Assembly (NCBI GenBank): GCA_965197525.1
Contig: OZ240211.1
Span: 1,760,001-1,824,000, forward strand
Direction: 5' to 3'
Origin: Nitrosopumilus sp.
Lineage (GTDB): Archaea > Thermoproteota > Nitrososphaeria > Nitrososphaerales > Nitrosopumilaceae
DNA: 64,000 bases
A model generated the notes under the pieces. That model searched no databases and was not told the DNA's origin. It worked only from the letters and a program-made list of their open reading frames with translations. The position numbers were made by a program, and so were the translations under genes. Below are positions 61,783 to 64,000 of this stretch, piece after piece. How positions within the stretch are numbered: the first letter of the stretch is position 1; each line of letters starts with the position of its first letter.

Positions 61783-61833
61783 GAGAAATTTTGATAATAT
61801 TTTTAACTATTTCCTTAGTATTTCGTATTATCG

Positions 61834-63306
61834 TTGAATCAAATTGTACTCTCTATCACCGTTGTTGTCACTATATTGCTATTAGGCTCAATTATTAGCC
61901 ATACTGCATCTGCTCAATTCCAATCAGGAGGAATTCACAAGGACGGAACATGGTATCCTGGTGAGGGTCTCAAACACGGTGACTTTTTCTCTTATCGCAT
62001 ATGTCATATCGATTACAAGGAATGCACTGCATTTAATCTAGAAATGTGGATTAAAGATGACATACAAGTTGGTACTGAGACTCAATGGTTGACAAAAGTT
62101 GTAGTTTATGATGGCAATAAACGTATTGTAGGTGATTTACATCTATCAAAAATTTCCACTGAACCCACTGGTAGTAATGATGAACTGGATCTTTATAGTC
62201 GAATATTCAAATCGTCTATAGTTTGGCTATCATCGTTTGCAACATCAGATACTAGTCTTGGAGCAAAAGGTCCCGAAGAGTTTCGTGCTCCATCTTGGGG
62301 TAATATTAGCACCATTGGTGGCGTGCAACCATCCCCACAAACTATTGAGATTGTTACTGTTCCTGCTGGTAGCTGGGAGGCTGTAGTAGTGGGTTGGAGA
62401 ACTGGTGGCTATGAAAGCAAAATATGGGTTGTAGATGACTTCCCATTCCCAGTTCGTGCTTTGACATATACTCATGTTTCAGAAGGAATTCCTCCAAAAG
62501 AGTATGAGTTTGAGTTACTATACTATAACGAAAATGTGACTGAAGATCCATTTGAAGGAATCACCTCAAATATTAATCAATTTGAAGCAGCTGGTTGTGA
62601 TGTAGACCCAGCAAAAGATGTTACCATAAAAAAATCCACAAATAATTTCCAGTATCAAATACATGCATCTTATGGTCCTGAAGATCCAGTTCAAGGTTGT
62701 GAGATGTATTGGCTGATCAAATTCCTACAGTCCAATGATGACATGGAGTTTTTGAATCAAGTTCAATACGACTTTTTAGTTGTTGATGATGATTTAAATC
62801 CTGTCAGATCAATTGCAACAGAAGAAGATAGACAGTTTCTTTATTCTCCATCAGGACAGGCTCTTGTCACTTTTCCTGTAAAAGAGAATCCGGGTACTGC
62901 CAACTATGTGATATGGGTATATGGTTTAGCACCTCAAGTAATTGTTCCATCAGAGGCTGACGATTATCTACAACTAGAAGTTGAGATATTCCCAAATGAT
63001 AATACCTCTGTTCTTCAAACAGGTGTTATTCCGAAATGGATTAAGACCAATGCAGGATGGTGGGCTGAAGATGTTTTGGATGATCATTCATTTCTGACCG
63101 GAATTACCTATCTTATTGATAATGGAGTTGTACGAATACCCCACATATCACAGGGTACTAGCGATACCACTGATAACAGTATTCCTACTTGGGTTAAGAC
63201 TAATGCAGGGCTATGGGCAGAAGATGTTTTGGATGACTATTCATTTATTTCCGGAATTCAGTTCCTTGTAGAAAAAGGAATCATTACTATTGATTCTTCT
63301 TCTTAA
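61834..63306 (+). CDS. Secreted protein with two C-terminal IPxW(I/V)KTNAG(W/L)WA modules
   Basis: Signal peptide; Nitrosopumilaceae-type tail repeats. Confidence 0.82.
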   Translation: MNQIVLSITVVVTILLLGSIISHTASAQFQSGGIHKDGTWYPGEGLKHGDFFSYRICHIDYKECTAFNLEMWIKDDIQVGTETQWLTKVVVYDGNKRIVGDLHLSKISTEPTGSNDELDLYSRIFKSSIVWLSSFATSDTSLGAKGPEEFRAPSWGNISTIGGVQPSPQTIEIVTVPAGSWEAVVVGWRTGGYESKIWVVDDFPFPVRALTYTHVSEGIPPKEYEFELLYYNENVTEDPFEGITSNINQFEAAGCDVDPAKDVTIKKSTNNFQYQIHASYGPEDPVQGCEMYWLIKFLQSNDDMEFLNQVQYDFLVVDDDLNPVRSIATEEDRQFLYSPSGQALVTFPVKENPGTANYVIWVYGLAPQVIVPSEADDYLQLEVEIFPNDNTSVLQTGVIPKWIKTNAGWWAEDVLDDHSFLTGITYLIDNGVVRIPHISQGTSDTTDNSIPTWVKTNAGLWAEDVLDDYSFISGIQFLVEKGIITIDSSS

Positions 63307-63571
63307 TTGCACTCAAATTGATACATAAAATGCAAAACTAATGATTTGATATGACAAGTCTCTTTAAACATCCTAAACGTCGTCTGAAAAAATTACTCGA
63401 AGATGACAAATACAACAAAGCAGTAGACTGACAATAGCTTAGAATCTTAGTATACTGCCGATCATGATTTATGTTTATTATGAGAAGCAATACTCGATAA
63501 TTGGTACAACCATTAACAATTTCTTGAAAACATGTGTTTAAATCAATAATTGTGGCATGAGGAAGTGCAAA

Positions 63572-64000
63572 CTATTTTAAGAAATCTTTAATCTCTTGAT
63601 AATTTGGTTCTTTTAGCGGATCATCTGAGACCCATTTGTATCCGATTGTTCCGTCATTCATGATTATGAATAGTGAACGTTTAGCAGCATTATACCCCTT
63701 TATATGAAGCAAGTCTGGCATTAGAACGCCATACTCTCTAATTGTATTGCTGGTATAGTCTGCCAACAATGGAAAACCAAAGTTGTTTGCCTCTGCAAAC
63801 GCCTTGTTTGCAAATGGGCCATCGTTACTAATTGCAACTACTTGTGCGTCCATATCTGATAATTCTTTCCAAGAGTCCCGTAGTGTGCAAAGCTCAACTT
63901 TGCATACGGGTGAACTAGCTGCAACTATAAACGTCAATACTATCTTTTTACCTTTGAATTCATCTAGATTTCTTAGTTTTAAATCAGTGTCCTGCAGCTC
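63572..64000 (-). CDS. Redoxin/peroxiredoxin (Bcp-like), runs off window end
   Basis: ASSPVCKVELC, ISNDGPFAN, FPLLADY; frame stays open to 64000 (ELQDTDLKLRNLDEFKGKKIVL). Confidence 0.88.
   Translation of the reverse strand, partial: ELQDTDLKLRNLDEFKGKKIVLTFIVAASSPVCKVELCTLRDSWKELSDMDAQVVAISNDGPFANKAFAEANNFGFPLLADYTSNTIREYGVLMPDLLHIKGYNAAKRSLFIIMNDGTIGYKWVSDDPLKEPNYQEIKDFLK

Overview
Low-GC archaeal chromosome segment from an ammonia-oxidising Nitrosopumilaceae member (Nitrososphaerota/Thaumarchaeota). The evidence is the acetyl-/propionyl-CoA carboxylase trio of the 3-HP/4-HB cycle, a CFI-box surface protein, IPxWIKxNAGWWA-type tails, Alba, eIF6, GINS-MCM-Hel308, RFC and sdhACDB. Host association (e.g. 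sponge) is an inference from the NHL/FN3/cadherin/DUF285 surface proteins, IS remnants, toxin-antitoxin modules and >1 kb gene-free spacers. Core genes and four tRNAs (Ser-TGA, Ala-GGC, Lys-TTT, Asp-GTC) are interrupted by five accessory modules. (1) A 1,450-bp element carrying only a tnpB gene with intact catalytic motifs, bounded by 24-bp terminal inverted repeats and an 8-bp target-site duplication, which is DDE-like rather than IS200/IS605-like. (2) A tightly coupled three-gene cassette (TIGR04255-like, unknown, possible ADP-ribosyltransferase) beside a decayed tyrosine integrase at tRNA-Lys. (3) An HTH plus nucleotidyltransferase pair after tRNA-Ala. (4) An IS481/IS630 nest followed by G-rich tandem repeats and a GC-rich ~7.5-kb DUF285/P-domain adhesin gene with one frameshift. 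(5) A HEAT-repeat cassette. Family assignments are from motif recognition only; no searches were run.
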